Shown here: positions 34,864 through 44,925 of the stretch, in pieces
Layout: every line of letters starts with the position of its first letter
Numbering within the stretch: the first letter of the stretch is position 1
NCBI GenBank assembly: GCA_964637955.1
Contig: CAZWXQ010000007.1
Location: 1-55,356, forward strand
Source of the DNA: an uncultured Gammaproteobacteria bacterium
GTDB taxonomy: Bacteria; Patescibacteriota; Microgenomatia; Levybacterales; UBA12049
Reading direction: 5' to 3'
Length of the DNA stretch: 55,356 nucleotides
Made by a program: the position numbers and the translations under genes
Notes under the pieces: generated by a model
What the model saw: the letters and a program-made list of their open reading frames with translations, nothing else
The model's database searches: none
Told to the model about the DNA's origin: nothing

Positions 34864-35484
34864 TTACATTCCCAAAAGCCGCATTATAGAACTTACTGTG
34901 TTGCCGATAATTGAAAATGGTAACGGACTAAGATACATAATTGAAAAAATAATAGCTATACCAAAACTTCCGATACTTAAATATGTCTTAGCTAAATCTT
35001 CCGGCAAAATTATCGCAAGTATTTTACTACCATCAAGAGGAGGGATTGGTATCAAATTAAATACACCCAAGACAAGATTTATGTAAACAGTATATTCGAA
35101 AATTCTAAGAATAAAAACATTTCCGATAAATGGCTCTAAAAGATTAAATACTAATGCGGCGCTAAAGGCGATCAGAAAATTAGTTAAAGGTCCAGCCATA
35201 GAGACTAATGCCATATCTTTTTTTGGCTCTTTAAGATTAAACGGATCTACAGGAACTGGTTTTGCACCTCCAAAAATAACAGGGGATTGGATGACGATTA
35301 AAATTAAAGGCAATAAGATTGTCATTATGGGATCAATATGAGGAATAGGATTAAGAGTGAGGCGTCCAAGAAGTCTGGCAGTTGGATCGCCAAGTCTTTC
35401 TGCTACAAAGCCATGTGCAATTTCATGCAAAATTGCTGAAAAAACGAGAATTATTAATGAAATAAAGATAAAACTTAAGTCCAT
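34864..35484 (-). CDS. site-2 protease family (M50) zinc metalloprotease
   Basis: HEIAHG (HExxH) in TM1 and NLIPIPPLDGSKI (NxxPxxxLDG). Confidence 0.8.
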   Translation of the reverse strand: MDLSFIFISLIILVFSAILHEIAHGFVAERLGDPTARLLGRLTLNPIPHIDPIMTILLPLILIVIQSPVIFGGAKPVPVDPFNLKEPKKDMALVSMAGPLTNFLIAFSAALVFNLLEPFIGNVFILRIFEYTVYINLVLGVFNLIPIPPLDGSKILAIILPEDLAKTYLSIGSFGIAIIFSIMYLSPLPFSIIGNTVSSIMRLLGM

Positions 35485-35536
35485 CTGCTTATTTTATCAG
35501 ATGGATTGAGTTTGAGGAAGCAATCTTGTATAATAT

Positions 35537-35800
35537 ATGCCTATGGCAACTGGAATGAAATGTTTTAACTGCGGAAAAGGTATTATGATAGGTCATAATG
35601 TTTCTCATGCTAAAAACAGAACAAGAAAAGTTTTTAAACCAAATTTGCATGCAGCAAGAATCACTGTGGGGGGAACTCCTATGAGAGTTAGACTTTGTAC
35701 AAAATGTCTTAGAATGGTAAAAGGAACAACTAAATCTACTAAAGAAGTAAAAAACGTGGAAGTTTCTTCAATTGCTCCAGCAGCCTCAGGATTAGCCTAA
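35537..35800 (+). CDS. rpmB: 50S ribosomal protein L28
   Basis: KCFNCGKGIMIGHNVSHAKNRTRKVFKPNL...VRLCTKCLR. Confidence 0.85.
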   Translation: MPMATGMKCFNCGKGIMIGHNVSHAKNRTRKVFKPNLHAARITVGGTPMRVRLCTKCLRMVKGTTKSTKEVKNVEVSSIAPAASGLA

Positions 35801-35913
35801 TCGCTTCGCTATAATTTATAATTTTCAGTTTTTAATTTTCAATAAAAATTTCAAATTTAAGATTTGGTCATTTGGATTTGTTTAGAAATTAGGATTTAGT
35901 AATTAGAAATTAA

Positions 35914-36732
35914 TTATACGAGGCCGAGTTTCTTCAAAAATTCTTCGCCTTTTTCATATCCATTTTTAAAGTCTTTATAGCTCATGGGTTTTTTCCCCTC
36001 AACATGAATAATTCCGCCTGGGTGAAGTTTTACTATTACTTCCTTTGAAGATAAAGTATATTTGGTCCAAACTCCAGGCCAGAATGCGAGAGCATTTATC
36101 TTTCTGTTCAATTCATCAATATTGGGAGGATTATTAATATCAATATAGCCGTCTTGCTTGGATAACTGATTTGTATAAGTGGCTTGATCGTCATCTTGCA
36201 TGTGAAGTGTAATTTCTTCATCAATATAATTATTTATTACATCAACTAAAACTTGAGCAGATCTTTCAAAGAGGCTTTTAAGTAAGTAAGGGGTAGTTTC
36301 ACCAGGATTTATTATTCTTTCTTCCTGATAAAGTATAGGGCCATGATCTAATTCTTCGTCAATTTTAATTATTGATAATCCTGTTTTAGCATCTCCGTTA
36401 AGAAGAGCCGTTTGGACTGGTGTAGGGCCTCTGTATTTTGGAAGTAGGGAAGGGTGAATATTTAAAATTCCATAAGGAAAAACATCAATTAATTCTTGCG
36501 GAATAATAAGACCGAAGTCAGCTACTATTCCCAAATCTGGATCTAGTTTTTTAATTTCAGAAATTATCTTTTCGTCAATATTTAAGACTTGAGCGTAATT
36601 ATCACCAGAAAGTTGCGCAGTCTTTATGACGTGAGAACTAGTAGTGATAGTCAGTTCTAAATCAAAAGAGTCCTTGAGGGCATTTGAGATAGGTGCATAA
36701 GTGTTATTTCCTGCAAAAAAGATTACCTTCAT
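35914..36732 (-). CDS. fmt: methionyl-tRNA formyltransferase
   Basis: NIHPSLLPKYRGPTPVQTALLNGD motif. Overlaps def by 4 nt. Confidence 0.85.
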   Translation of the reverse strand: MKVIFFAGNNTYAPISNALKDSFDLELTITTSSHVIKTAQLSGDNYAQVLNIDEKIISEIKKLDPDLGIVADFGLIIPQELIDVFPYGILNIHPSLLPKYRGPTPVQTALLNGDAKTGLSIIKIDEELDHGPILYQEERIINPGETTPYLLKSLFERSAQVLVDVINNYIDEEITLHMQDDDQATYTNQLSKQDGYIDINNPPNIDELNRKINALAFWPGVWTKYTLSSKEVIVKLHPGGIIHVEGKKPMSYKDFKNGYEKGEEFLKKLGLV

Positions 36733-37307
36733 ATTGTAAGTTCTTCGAACTCATCTTCGCCTTTTTCATTTTTAGAGCTTTTATAGAGAGTTCCTTTTTG
36801 CTCTAGTACATGCTTGGGAAATAATATTCCATTCAAGTGGTCTGTTTCATGTTGAACTATAGTTGCCATAAATCCTGTAAATTTTTTAATATAATTTTTG
36901 CCCTTTTTATCATAGTATGAAAGTGTTACTTCAGGAGCTCGAAGAACTTCACCCCAGATATTTGGAAGAGAAAGGCAGCCTTCAAGTTTTTTAACTTTTT
37001 CTTTCTCATTTTTTTCTGGAGCTTTTTCTGCATCTAAGATTACTGGATTTATAAATTCTGTAATCTTAGATTTATCTGTAGGTTTGGTGATAAAAACTGC
37101 GATAGATTTTCCTATTTGAGGTGCAGCAAGACCTACACCTTTTGGATCGCTTGCAGAGAGGAGAGCGATCTCCATTTCTTTAAGAAGCTTTTCAAGCGCG
37201 CTTTTATCTTTCCCGAAAATAAAATCAGGAGCTTTTTGACTTAGAACCGAATCTGGAGCAGAAATAATTTTAGACATTAAGCATGGATTATAGCATAAGA
37301 AATGCAA
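36729..37307 (-). CDS. def: peptide deformylase (likely start ATG at 37277)
   Basis: GVGLAAPQIG, EGCLS and HETDHL motifs. The track start is TTG. ATG 37277 (MSKIIS) lies 9 nt after TGcTATAAT. Confidence 0.85.
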   Translation of the reverse strand: MHFLCYNPCLMSKIISAPDSVLSQKAPDFIFGKDKSALEKLLKEMEIALLSASDPKGVGLAAPQIGKSIAVFITKPTDKSKITEFINPVILDAEKAPEKNEKEKVKKLEGCLSLPNIWGEVLRAPEVTLSYYDKKGKNYIKKFTGFMATIVQHETDHLNGILFPKHVLEQKGTLYKSSKNEKGEDEFEELTI

Positions 37308-37428
37308 ATTAATTTGCTATCTGATTTTTTAATTTACAATTTATAATTTTCAATTAAATCTAAATGTTTTAAATTTTACAAATTAAATCATTGAAAAATC
37401 ATAAAAATTGAGAATTTATAATTAAAAA

Positions 37429-39750
37429 TTACTTTTCATTCTCCCACGCGCTAAGAGAATCTTTGGCTTGTTGATAGTTTGGATCAAGCTTGGTTAATAT
37501 GAAATTAAGTTCATCTAGAGCTTTTTGGCGCATAACTGGGTTTATGATTTGCCCTGTCTTAGCATCTACACCGAGGTCGTGATAGAAGAGTGCAAGGGCA
37601 TAGTGAGCTTCTCTGTAAGCTGGTCTATATGCTACGGTTTGTTGTAATACTTTTACAGCAGAAGCAGAGTCTCCATTTTGGCCATACAAAACTCCAAGAT
37701 TATAAAGAATAGATGCATCAGTAGGAGCGAGTTTGGAGGCTGCTTGAATTGCTTGAAGAGCAGCTGGCATGAATTGAGGATCTAGATTAGCAAGGGTATA
37801 TAGAATTCTTACTCTAGATTTAAGATAAAGAATATTATTTGGATGTTCTTTAACCAATTTTTCATTCATTGCCAGAGACTCTTGGGCAAGTTGAGAGATC
37901 GTCTGAGCTGATTCACTACCTTGTTGTTGTTGGGCGATGCCTAGAGCGAGTGTAGCTTTGTTTACTGCGAGTTCGTCCTCAAATACAGGTTCTTTTCTTT
38001 GATCCACAGCTTTTTGAAGGAGAGGATAGGCAGTTTGATAATCACCAGCTTTATTATAGTTTGAGCCAAGTGCGTAGCTTGTGTCTGCGATCCAGAATTT
38101 GATAAGTATAAATATTATTACAAATGCTGCAAAGAAAAACCCTGCAACTGCAGTCCATTGGACATAGTCGATTCCCAGAATCTTATCGGGTCTTTCATCC
38201 TGCTTAATTAAGTTTAGTAAGAGTAGTGCGAATGCAGGAATTAAAAATAGATAAATATTTAAAATTACGACCGAAAAACCGAAGAAATTAATTATGAGAA
38301 TAAAAATAAATGAAGTCAAAAGAGAAAGGAATAATGGATCAGATTTATCGAGATTAAAAGGAGCCTTTATAGCCCCAATATATTTGTTATTTTTTATTTT
38401 AATATTTAGTAAATTTACTAACGCGAGAAAGATAAATAGAATTATGAATGCCATGTAAGTAAGGAATCCAAAAAGTCCTGTTGTAGCAAGATAGTTTATA
38501 TATTCGTTATGGGCTTTGTTATAGAGAAAATTCCATTCTGAAACATTATTATGCTCTACAGGTCGATATTTATAATATGCAAAAGCATATGTTTCTACTC
38601 CGGTTCCAAAAATAGGATTGGCTTTGAACGCGTCGAGTCCACCACGCCAAACAATCTTTCTAATTTCAAATGAATTTGATCCGCCTGAGTCTAGTGCAGA
38701 CATGGCTGGAGCTGGCTCTTCGACCTGTTTGGCTTCTTGAGCTTTTTGCGTAACCGGTTCAGGATCAGGGCGACTTATCACTATTTGAAAATGACTAAGT
38801 GAGAATTTGTCTAGTATTGGAATATTTACTTGAATAACAAAGATCGGAATTATGAGTATGACTAAATAAATAGGTACAAATATATTTCTTAAGAACTTTA
38901 GGTTTTTTATGTTTAAGGCAATATATGTTATGGCCATAAAAATCATGGAAAGGAAAAATGCCAAAATGCCAGCGCGGGACCTAGTATAAAGAAGCGCTAC
39001 GTAGAATAGGAAAAATAATACGGAGTAGGATATAAGAAATGGATTTAATAATTTCTTTGATTCCCGAAGATTTCTTATCAAAAATGCAGCCGCTATTGGA
39101 AGAAGAATTCCCAAATATCCTGCAAGCCAATCAGGCTGGCCAAGAGGTCCAAAAATTCTGACTTTTGGCATAAAATCTGCAGTCCAACATGATACATCAA
39201 AAGTTCCTCTGAAAACTAAGCAAGTTGGATCATAGCCGAAATGTGAAGGGAGCGCCCAAATTACAGAAATTAATCCTGCAATTAAAGAAACATAAAGAGA
39301 TCTTCTAATTACAGTTTCAGATGTTGGGTTTTTATCAAGCCAGTTCTGTTTATCATAATCTTTTTCTTCAGTATTGTTATAAAAGTTACTTATAAATCCG
39401 TAGAAAAGAATAATATAAGTTATTGTTGAGAGAAGTCCGCCATTCCATCTTGAGTAATACCCCCAAAGTGAAATATGAGGATCAAGAGATAGGAAGGTGG
39501 ATATTATTTGAGAAATTAGAAATAAAAGAATCGGGATATCAAATATAGTTCTTCTAAAAATAGGTTTTTTAAGGATGACCATTTTTGAGAACCAAAGCGC
39601 TGAAATGAGCGCAGTAATTCCAAAAGTTAACCACATTTTATTGAATTCAAAAAGTTCTGAGGTGTTTCCGGCGAAGATTAAAGGAACAAAGAGAAATAAA
39701 GAGTAGTAGAGATATTCGATAGATCTATTTATATAATTTAAAATCTTCAT
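37429..39750 (-). CDS. O-antigen ligase/polymerase-like multi-TM protein with C-terminal TPR repeats
   Basis: 773 aa, more than 10 TM segments, with a Wzy_C-like loop (YTRSRAGILAF). The C-terminal ~230 aa are TPR-like (AYPLLQKAV..., YNLGVLYGQNGD...). Confidence 0.6.
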   Translation of the reverse strand: MKILNYINRSIEYLYYSLFLFVPLIFAGNTSELFEFNKMWLTFGITALISALWFSKMVILKKPIFRRTIFDIPILLFLISQIISTFLSLDPHISLWGYYSRWNGGLLSTITYIILFYGFISNFYNNTEEKDYDKQNWLDKNPTSETVIRRSLYVSLIAGLISVIWALPSHFGYDPTCLVFRGTFDVSCWTADFMPKVRIFGPLGQPDWLAGYLGILLPIAAAFLIRNLRESKKLLNPFLISYSVLFFLFYVALLYTRSRAGILAFFLSMIFMAITYIALNIKNLKFLRNIFVPIYLVILIIPIFVIQVNIPILDKFSLSHFQIVISRPDPEPVTQKAQEAKQVEEPAPAMSALDSGGSNSFEIRKIVWRGGLDAFKANPIFGTGVETYAFAYYKYRPVEHNNVSEWNFLYNKAHNEYINYLATTGLFGFLTYMAFIILFIFLALVNLLNIKIKNNKYIGAIKAPFNLDKSDPLFLSLLTSFIFILIINFFGFSVVILNIYLFLIPAFALLLLNLIKQDERPDKILGIDYVQWTAVAGFFFAAFVIIFILIKFWIADTSYALGSNYNKAGDYQTAYPLLQKAVDQRKEPVFEDELAVNKATLALGIAQQQQGSESAQTISQLAQESLAMNEKLVKEHPNNILYLKSRVRILYTLANLDPQFMPAALQAIQAASKLAPTDASILYNLGVLYGQNGDSASAVKVLQQTVAYRPAYREAHYALALFYHDLGVDAKTGQIINPVMRQKALDELNFILTKLDPNYQQAKDSLSAWENEK

Positions 39751-39835
39751 ATTTCGACTACGCTCAATATCTTGTGAAGTTATCTAGTAGACTATTTTGC
39801 TATTCTAGCAACTGGAGAAATTTTCATCAAGACTT

Positions 39836-40117
39836 TTATTGATTTGAATCCGAATCAGCCTCGGGGGCGGTAGGTAGGGGAGGTCTCCTAGTAAACCGTT
39901 GTTTTAAGATTTTAGCTTCCGTGATCTCTCGTGGAATACCAAATAGAGAACTTTCTTCAGCTAGAGGAGGAAGTCCTTGAAAATATTCATCGCCAACTGA
40001 AATAGCGCTAGATTCATCTGTTGATCTTAGAACCTCTTGCACTAGCTCGTCAAAAGCCGCCAGCTCTTCATCTATAAGCGGTTGTGTTGCTCCATTGTCA
40101 ATCCTTACTTCTGGCAT
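39836..40117 (-). CDS. hypothetical acidic protein (93 aa), overlaps the upstream gene by 20 nt
   Basis: ORF track. Begins MPEVR. Confidence 0.4.
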   Translation of the reverse strand: MPEVRIDNGATQPLIDEELAAFDELVQEVLRSTDESSAISVGDEYFQGLPPLAEESSLFGIPREITEAKILKQRFTRRPPLPTAPEADSDSNQ

Positions 40118-41123
40118 CTTTTATCGCTCCTGTTAGACCCTCTATTATAGCATCTTGGTGTCTTTGTTGCAGAGCTCCGAACTTTTTCAGACCTTCTTTT
40201 TTATCTGCTGAATTAGTAGAATCTCCAAGTCTCCCCATTTCTGTGGGTCCTGTAGGAACAATTATTGTAGCTTTTACAATCGATTTGTTACTAAGTTTTT
40301 TCTCATGCCTAATTCTGTTTATAGATTTTCTAAGTGCAGTTAGTCTTTTAGGAATAGGATTTTCTCTTGGTAAAACTCCGAAAGTTATATCAACCCTATC
40401 TCTAGTTTGTTGGGGTGCATCAGGATTTCGAGGATCCTTTGGGAAATAGCTTTGACCTTTCGCATCAATGAGAAGCATTCTACCATCAGCTGTAACAGCT
40501 ATAAAATCAGTGGCAAACTCCAGATCCCAATCCAGAGTTTCAGATCTTAAGCCGCTTTGCGGGTCGGATTTCGTAGTGTAATCGGGAAGATAAATAGTGC
40601 ATCCTTTCTCTGCTAATGTTCTTATGATTCCAATTTCGCTTCTTATTGCGCTAATGAACAAATTAGGGCCCGTAGGTTTTCCGATTGACATTCTGGATAG
40701 TTTTTCATATTGGGCGATGAGATTATAAGCATTTTCAGTATAGCTTGGAGCTGCATTATCACTAGCTCCAAAAAGAACAGTATGTACTACATGTTGTTGA
40801 ATTCTGGAGCTTAGTTCTTTTTTATCTTGATTTGCTGATTCAATTCTAAAAACATTTTCACTCATCCAAGGGCCAAAAGCCAGATGAGACATGAGTTCAA
40901 TTTTTTCAGGCGAGAGATTTGGATGAGCTATGCTTATTTTTCTTTGTGCTAATTTTATTCTCTGAGTAATCTCTGAAGAGTCAAGAATTTCAGTTCCAGT
41001 TGGTGCAGCTACACTTTCAAGTAATCCACTTAAATTTGAATTGGCTAAAACGGGTGTGGTTTTTGGTGGTTCGCTGATTTCCGGCACAATTAAAATCATA
41101 AATTGTGGAACGAAATAAGTCAA
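40098..41123 (-). CDS. hypothetical protein with possible PD-(D/E)xK nuclease-like motif; likely start ATG 41099
   Basis: ...SEIGIIRTL...ATDFIAVTADGRMLLIDAKGQ fits the E...D...(D/E)xK pattern. The track start is TTG. Confidence 0.45.
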   Translation of the reverse strand: MTYFVPQFMILIVPEISEPPKTTPVLANSNLSGLLESVAAPTGTEILDSSEITQRIKLAQRKISIAHPNLSPEKIELMSHLAFGPWMSENVFRIESANQDKKELSSRIQQHVVHTVLFGASDNAAPSYTENAYNLIAQYEKLSRMSIGKPTGPNLFISAIRSEIGIIRTLAEKGCTIYLPDYTTKSDPQSGLRSETLDWDLEFATDFIAVTADGRMLLIDAKGQSYFPKDPRNPDAPQQTRDRVDITFGVLPRENPIPKRLTALRKSINRIRHEKKLSNKSIVKATIIVPTGPTEMGRLGDSTNSADKKEGLKKFGALQQRHQDAIIEGLTGAIKDARSKD

Positions 41124-41197
41124 CGAAGTCAGCTTGTTGCAAATAGTCAGCAGTGACGATAGAATGGTTTTGATTCTGCTTATGCAGCTTTTTTGGT

Positions 41198-42319
41198 ATG
41201 ATCAGACGTTTTTTTGGATTTTTTAGTCATGATATTGGTATAGATTTAGGCACTGCAAATACTCTTGTTTGGGTAAGAGGTAAAGGGATTGTAATTCGTG
41301 AGCCTTCGATAATAGCTCTTCATAAAAAGACAAAAAAAGTAATTGCGCTTGGAAGTGAGGCTAAGAAAATGCTTGGAAAGACTCCTGAATCTATAATTAC
41401 AGTAAAGCCTCTTAGGTCTGGTGTAATTTCAGACTTTGATGCAACAAGTGCCATGATAAGCCGTTTTGTTTCTGACGTTCATTCGATGGGCAGTCCACTT
41501 CCTTTGGCTATTTCTCGTCCCCGAGTCGTGATCGGAATTCCATCTGCTGTAACTGAAGTTCAAAGACGTGCTGTTTGGGAAGCTGCACTTTCTGCAGGAG
41601 CTCGTGAAGCATTTCTTATAGAAGAGCCAATGGCAGCGGCAATTGGAGAAGGTGTTTCTGTTTTTGCTCCGACTGGAAAAATGGTAGTAGATATTGGTGG
41701 CGGAACTACCGAGATTGCAGTTATATCACTTGGAGGAATTGTGGTTTCCCGGTCACTTAAAGTTGCTGGGGATGATATGGATGTAGCGATAGGACATTAC
41801 ATAAGACTTCGTCATGGCTTACTCCTTGGTGAAAAAACTATAGAAGAGCTTAAGATAAAGCTAGGAACAGCATATGAGAGAAAAATTAGAAAGGTTGTAA
41901 AATCTAAAACTGAGGAGCCAGAGCTTCTTTCTAAGATTAAAAAAGATGAAGAGAGCGATAATCGCGCTGCGATTGTTCGCGGTCGAGATCTAGAGTCAGG
42001 TCTACCTAAAAGCTTGAAGGTAACAGAAGACGAAGTAAGAGAGGCACTTGCCCCTGTTATTTCAAAGATTATTGAAGCGGTAGCAGATGTTCTTGAGGAG
42101 GCTCCGCCAGAACTTACTTCAGATATTCTAGAAAACGGAATCTTGTTAACCGGCGGAGGATCAATGCTGTATGGAATGGATAAGCTAATCGTAGACCGCA
42201 CACATATTCCTGTAATTAGAGCAGATGATCCACTAACTACTGTGGTTAGGGGAACAGGAAAAGTGCTTGAAGATGACGCACTCCTTGAGAGAGTAAAAGT
42301 AATCGGCGGACTAAAATAG
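41198..42319 (+). CDS. mreB: rod-shape-determining protein MreB (with ~25-aa charged insertion)
   Basis: DLGTANTLV, DIGGGTTEIAV and LTGGGS motifs. The insertion KIRKVVKSKTEEPELLSKIKKDEESDNRA lies before VRGRDL. Confidence 0.9.
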   Translation: MIRRFFGFFSHDIGIDLGTANTLVWVRGKGIVIREPSIIALHKKTKKVIALGSEAKKMLGKTPESIITVKPLRSGVISDFDATSAMISRFVSDVHSMGSPLPLAISRPRVVIGIPSAVTEVQRRAVWEAALSAGAREAFLIEEPMAAAIGEGVSVFAPTGKMVVDIGGGTTEIAVISLGGIVVSRSLKVAGDDMDVAIGHYIRLRHGLLLGEKTIEELKIKLGTAYERKIRKVVKSKTEEPELLSKIKKDEESDNRAAIVRGRDLESGLPKSLKVTEDEVREALAPVISKIIEAVADVLEEAPPELTSDILENGILLTGGGSMLYGMDKLIVDRTHIPVIRADDPLTTVVRGTGKVLEDDALLERVKVIGGLK

Positions 42320-42320
42320 G

Positions 42321-43547
42321 TTATTCCTTATGCGTTCTTAAATATTCTTCTCTGGACTGCGTGGTGCCATTTGATCTAATAATGTCGCCAGTAGGGAATC
42401 TGTCCGGTAAACTTCCAGCATATTTTATGGCATCTTCAATCTGTTCATCTTCCTTTTTTCTTCCCAAAGCCTTGATTGGTCTCATTAATGCCCAACCTCC
42501 TTTTTGCAAATCCAGTCTTCCTTTCCCATCTATAAATGCAGTCCTAAGAGCATCCCTTGTATCATCATCAGTTGGTGAATACCAATCGCCTTTTACAAAC
42601 ACTCTTCCATCTAAAGTAGCAAAATCAACCAGGCATAGAGCAGAAAGTTTGCCTACAAATTTGACGAGGAATACAGGTCTGTCTTGAATAGTAACTGCCA
42701 ATCCTGAATTATCCTCCATAGTAGTCTGTAGTCTCGGCTCTGCATTGCTGCATAGATACCAAGAGCCTTGTTCGGGTTTAACATCGAGCTCTAAGTCTGT
42801 AAATAATGGCGCTAATTTTTCCCTTAATTCATCTGGAACTCTCCTTATGTCTACTTGGCTAAGTATTACACCTAAGTGCATTCGATATTTTTCGGGATGT
42901 TCAAGCATTACAGTAAGGATTGAGTTAATGCCAGGTCCAAACAAAAGATCGGGAAGTTCTCCTAAATTTATTTGTTGATTCTTTAGTCTTCTTGCAAGTT
43001 CATTTGAGTCTCCCATGTTAAATAACGCTTGAAGAAAAGCAGCTTGTCTTTTTCCTTCAGGAGTTTCAAAATTTTCCCCAACACGACTTATTATGGAATC
43101 TGCATCTTCAGGAGGTAGTGCTGATAAAACTTGTCTTAAAACAGCTACTCCATCTACAGCTTCTCTCATTCTTTCAGCTGCAACTGGGTTAACATCTCGA
43201 GGAATAGCTATTGATCCTAGAGCGGGATATAAATCAGCTAGTTGAGTTAGTGCTGCTCCCAGTGGAATTCTTGTTTCTAATGATTCTGAGACATGGAAAG
43301 AGTCGAATAATTCCCCTAGTCTGTGTCTATTTCTTTGAATATTTTCAGCTTCTCTTGCTCTTCCTAGATCGATCGTGTTAATTATTCTTTCTGAAGTTGG
43401 AATTCTAGTAATGTCATTAGTTACTTTTTTATTTGTGTTTCTGTCAAATTGCGATAAACTTAAAATTTCTCTTCTTCCTAAACTAATAAAATTTTCTAAA
43501 TAAAGCGACCTATCCAAATTGATTTCATTTTCAAAACCTTCAGGCAT
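42321..43547 (-). CDS. hypothetical protein (408 aa) inserted between mreB and mreC on the opposite strand
   Basis: ORF track. Begins MPEGF. No motif recognised. Confidence 0.55.
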   Translation of the reverse strand: MPEGFENEINLDRSLYLENFISLGRREILSLSQFDRNTNKKVTNDITRIPTSERIINTIDLGRAREAENIQRNRHRLGELFDSFHVSESLETRIPLGAALTQLADLYPALGSIAIPRDVNPVAAERMREAVDGVAVLRQVLSALPPEDADSIISRVGENFETPEGKRQAAFLQALFNMGDSNELARRLKNQQINLGELPDLLFGPGINSILTVMLEHPEKYRMHLGVILSQVDIRRVPDELREKLAPLFTDLELDVKPEQGSWYLCSNAEPRLQTTMEDNSGLAVTIQDRPVFLVKFVGKLSALCLVDFATLDGRVFVKGDWYSPTDDDTRDALRTAFIDGKGRLDLQKGGWALMRPIKALGRKKEDEQIEDAIKYAGSLPDRFPTGDIIRSNGTTQSREEYLRTHKE

Positions 43548-43553
43548 AAGTTC

Positions 43554-43582
43554 AGTGTAAAGTCTGTATTTTAGAATGTCAA
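43554..43582 (-). promoter_or_regulatory. promoter TTGACA-N17-TACACT, 6 nt before ATG 43547
   Basis: Minus strand reads TTGACATTCTAAAATACAGACTTTACACTGAACTTATG. Confidence 0.55.
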
Positions 43583-43653
43583 TTAAAAATTATACTGAGG
43601 TAAAGAGCCTTGTCTTGGCTTTGTAAAAGTTCTAGAATAGGTAGAATTCCAAG

Positions 43654-44442
43654 ATGAAACAAAAAGATAATTTTTTACCATTTTTTTTAGTTTTTTTTAC
43701 GCTTAGTTTTGTCTTAATATTATTTGGTACTTCCGGAATTTATAAAAATATTTCCTCATTTTTTAATCACTCTACAGAAACGGGTAGGAATATTACAAAC
43801 GCCTTAACTCTTAAGAGTATTCAAAATAATTATGTAAAAGAGTTGGTCGCTCAGAATTTAAAAATGAAAAAACAGTTGTCTGATGAAAAAAACATTTTGA
43901 TTGAAAATTCTGCTTTAAAAAATCAATTCGAAACTGCACCTGATAAAAGTGCAGAAATGCTTCCAGTAAAAGTTATTGGTTCACCAGGATTTATGCCAGG
44001 GATAAGTTTACCTACATATCTAATTTTAAATAAAGGTGAAAAGGCAGGAATTAGAGTTGGAAATACTGTAATTTCAAATAATTATTTAGTTGGAAAAATT
44101 ACTTATACTTCTGCGGATATTTCAAAAGTGGAATTAATTACAAATAAAAACTCTTCATTTACGGCGAAGGTTCAAGGAGCGGAGGACGCAAACGGAATCG
44201 TTAAAGGACAAGGTGAGGATGAAATAATTTTTGATAATGTTCTTCTTACCACCAAACTTAAAAAGGATGATGAAATAGTTACAAAAGGAGACAAGAATGA
44301 GAAAAATGAGGGATATCCTCCTGATATTAGTGTAGGAAAAATTATATCAATTGAGAAAAAGCAAAGTGATTTATTTCAGAAAGCTACGATTTTAAGTCCT
44401 ATTGATTTTAAAAACTTAACTTTGGTTTTCGTAATGAAGTAA
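43654..44442 (+). CDS. mreC: rod-shape-determining protein MreC
   Basis: N-terminal TM helix, coiled region, then beta-rich domains (GIRVGNTVISNNYLVGKI...). Position before mreD/PBP2. TAGAAT lies 6 nt before the ATG. Confidence 0.7.
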   Translation: MKQKDNFLPFFLVFFTLSFVLILFGTSGIYKNISSFFNHSTETGRNITNALTLKSIQNNYVKELVAQNLKMKKQLSDEKNILIENSALKNQFETAPDKSAEMLPVKVIGSPGFMPGISLPTYLILNKGEKAGIRVGNTVISNNYLVGKITYTSADISKVELITNKNSSFTAKVQGAEDANGIVKGQGEDEIIFDNVLLTTKLKKDDEIVTKGDKNEKNEGYPPDISVGKIISIEKKQSDLFQKATILSPIDFKNLTLVFVMK

Positions 44443-44455
44443 ATATTGTTCGAGC

Positions 44456-44923
44456 TTGTCGAGAACTTCTCGACTCACTATTGTTCGCTCGAAGAATATA
44501 TTTAATTCTATGAAATTAATAATTCTAACTATAATTATTTCTATAATTCTTGAGGCAAGCATAACGACTTTGCCATTAGTTTTGCTTTCAATTCTTTTTC
44601 TCGCAGTTATTTTTAGAACAAGTGATGTTTATTTAATCGCTTTTATTTCAGGAGTATTTTTGGATTTACTAACGCTCGGAAGATTTGGTTTTTCAAGTCT
44701 TTATTTTACTGCGTTTGTGTTTTTAATTTATACCTATCAAAGGAAATTTGAGATCGAAACTATTTATTTCATGCTATTGTTTGCATTTTTCGGATCATTT
44801 ATTTATCTTTTAATTCAAGGTGGAACGAGTATAATTTTGCAGAGCCTTGTTTCAACGGGAATAATAACAGCATCATTTATTGCCTTTAAAAAATTTAACA
44901 AAAAAGCTTCAAAATACGCTTAA
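44456..44923 (+). CDS. mreD: rod-shape-determining protein MreD (likely start ATG 44510)
   Basis: Small polytopic membrane protein between mreC and PBP2. The track start is TTG. Confidence 0.55.
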   Translation: MSRTSRLTIVRSKNIFNSMKLIILTIIISIILEASITTLPLVLLSILFLAVIFRTSDVYLIAFISGVFLDLLTLGRFGFSSLYFTAFVFLIYTYQRKFEIETIYFMLLFAFFGSFIYLLIQGGTSIILQSLVSTGIITASFIAFKKFNKKASKYA

Positions 44924-44925
44924 AT

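Noticed and set aside
35813-37352. 15-nt AATTTATAATTTTCA on both sides of the def-fmt operon (35813-35827 and 37338-37352)
   Set aside because: It is pure A/T low-complexity sequence in AT-rich intergenic DNA. It resembles overlapping -10-like hexamers and is plausibly chance or promoter-related, not mobile-element ends.
41124-41197. Strand switch (mostly minus-strand genes to the left, plus-strand to the right) as a possible replication origin
   Set aside because: The divergent gap is only 74 bp with no DnaA-box-like repeats or AT-rich unwinding element, and no dnaA or dnaN is nearby. Several genes on each side break the strand pattern.
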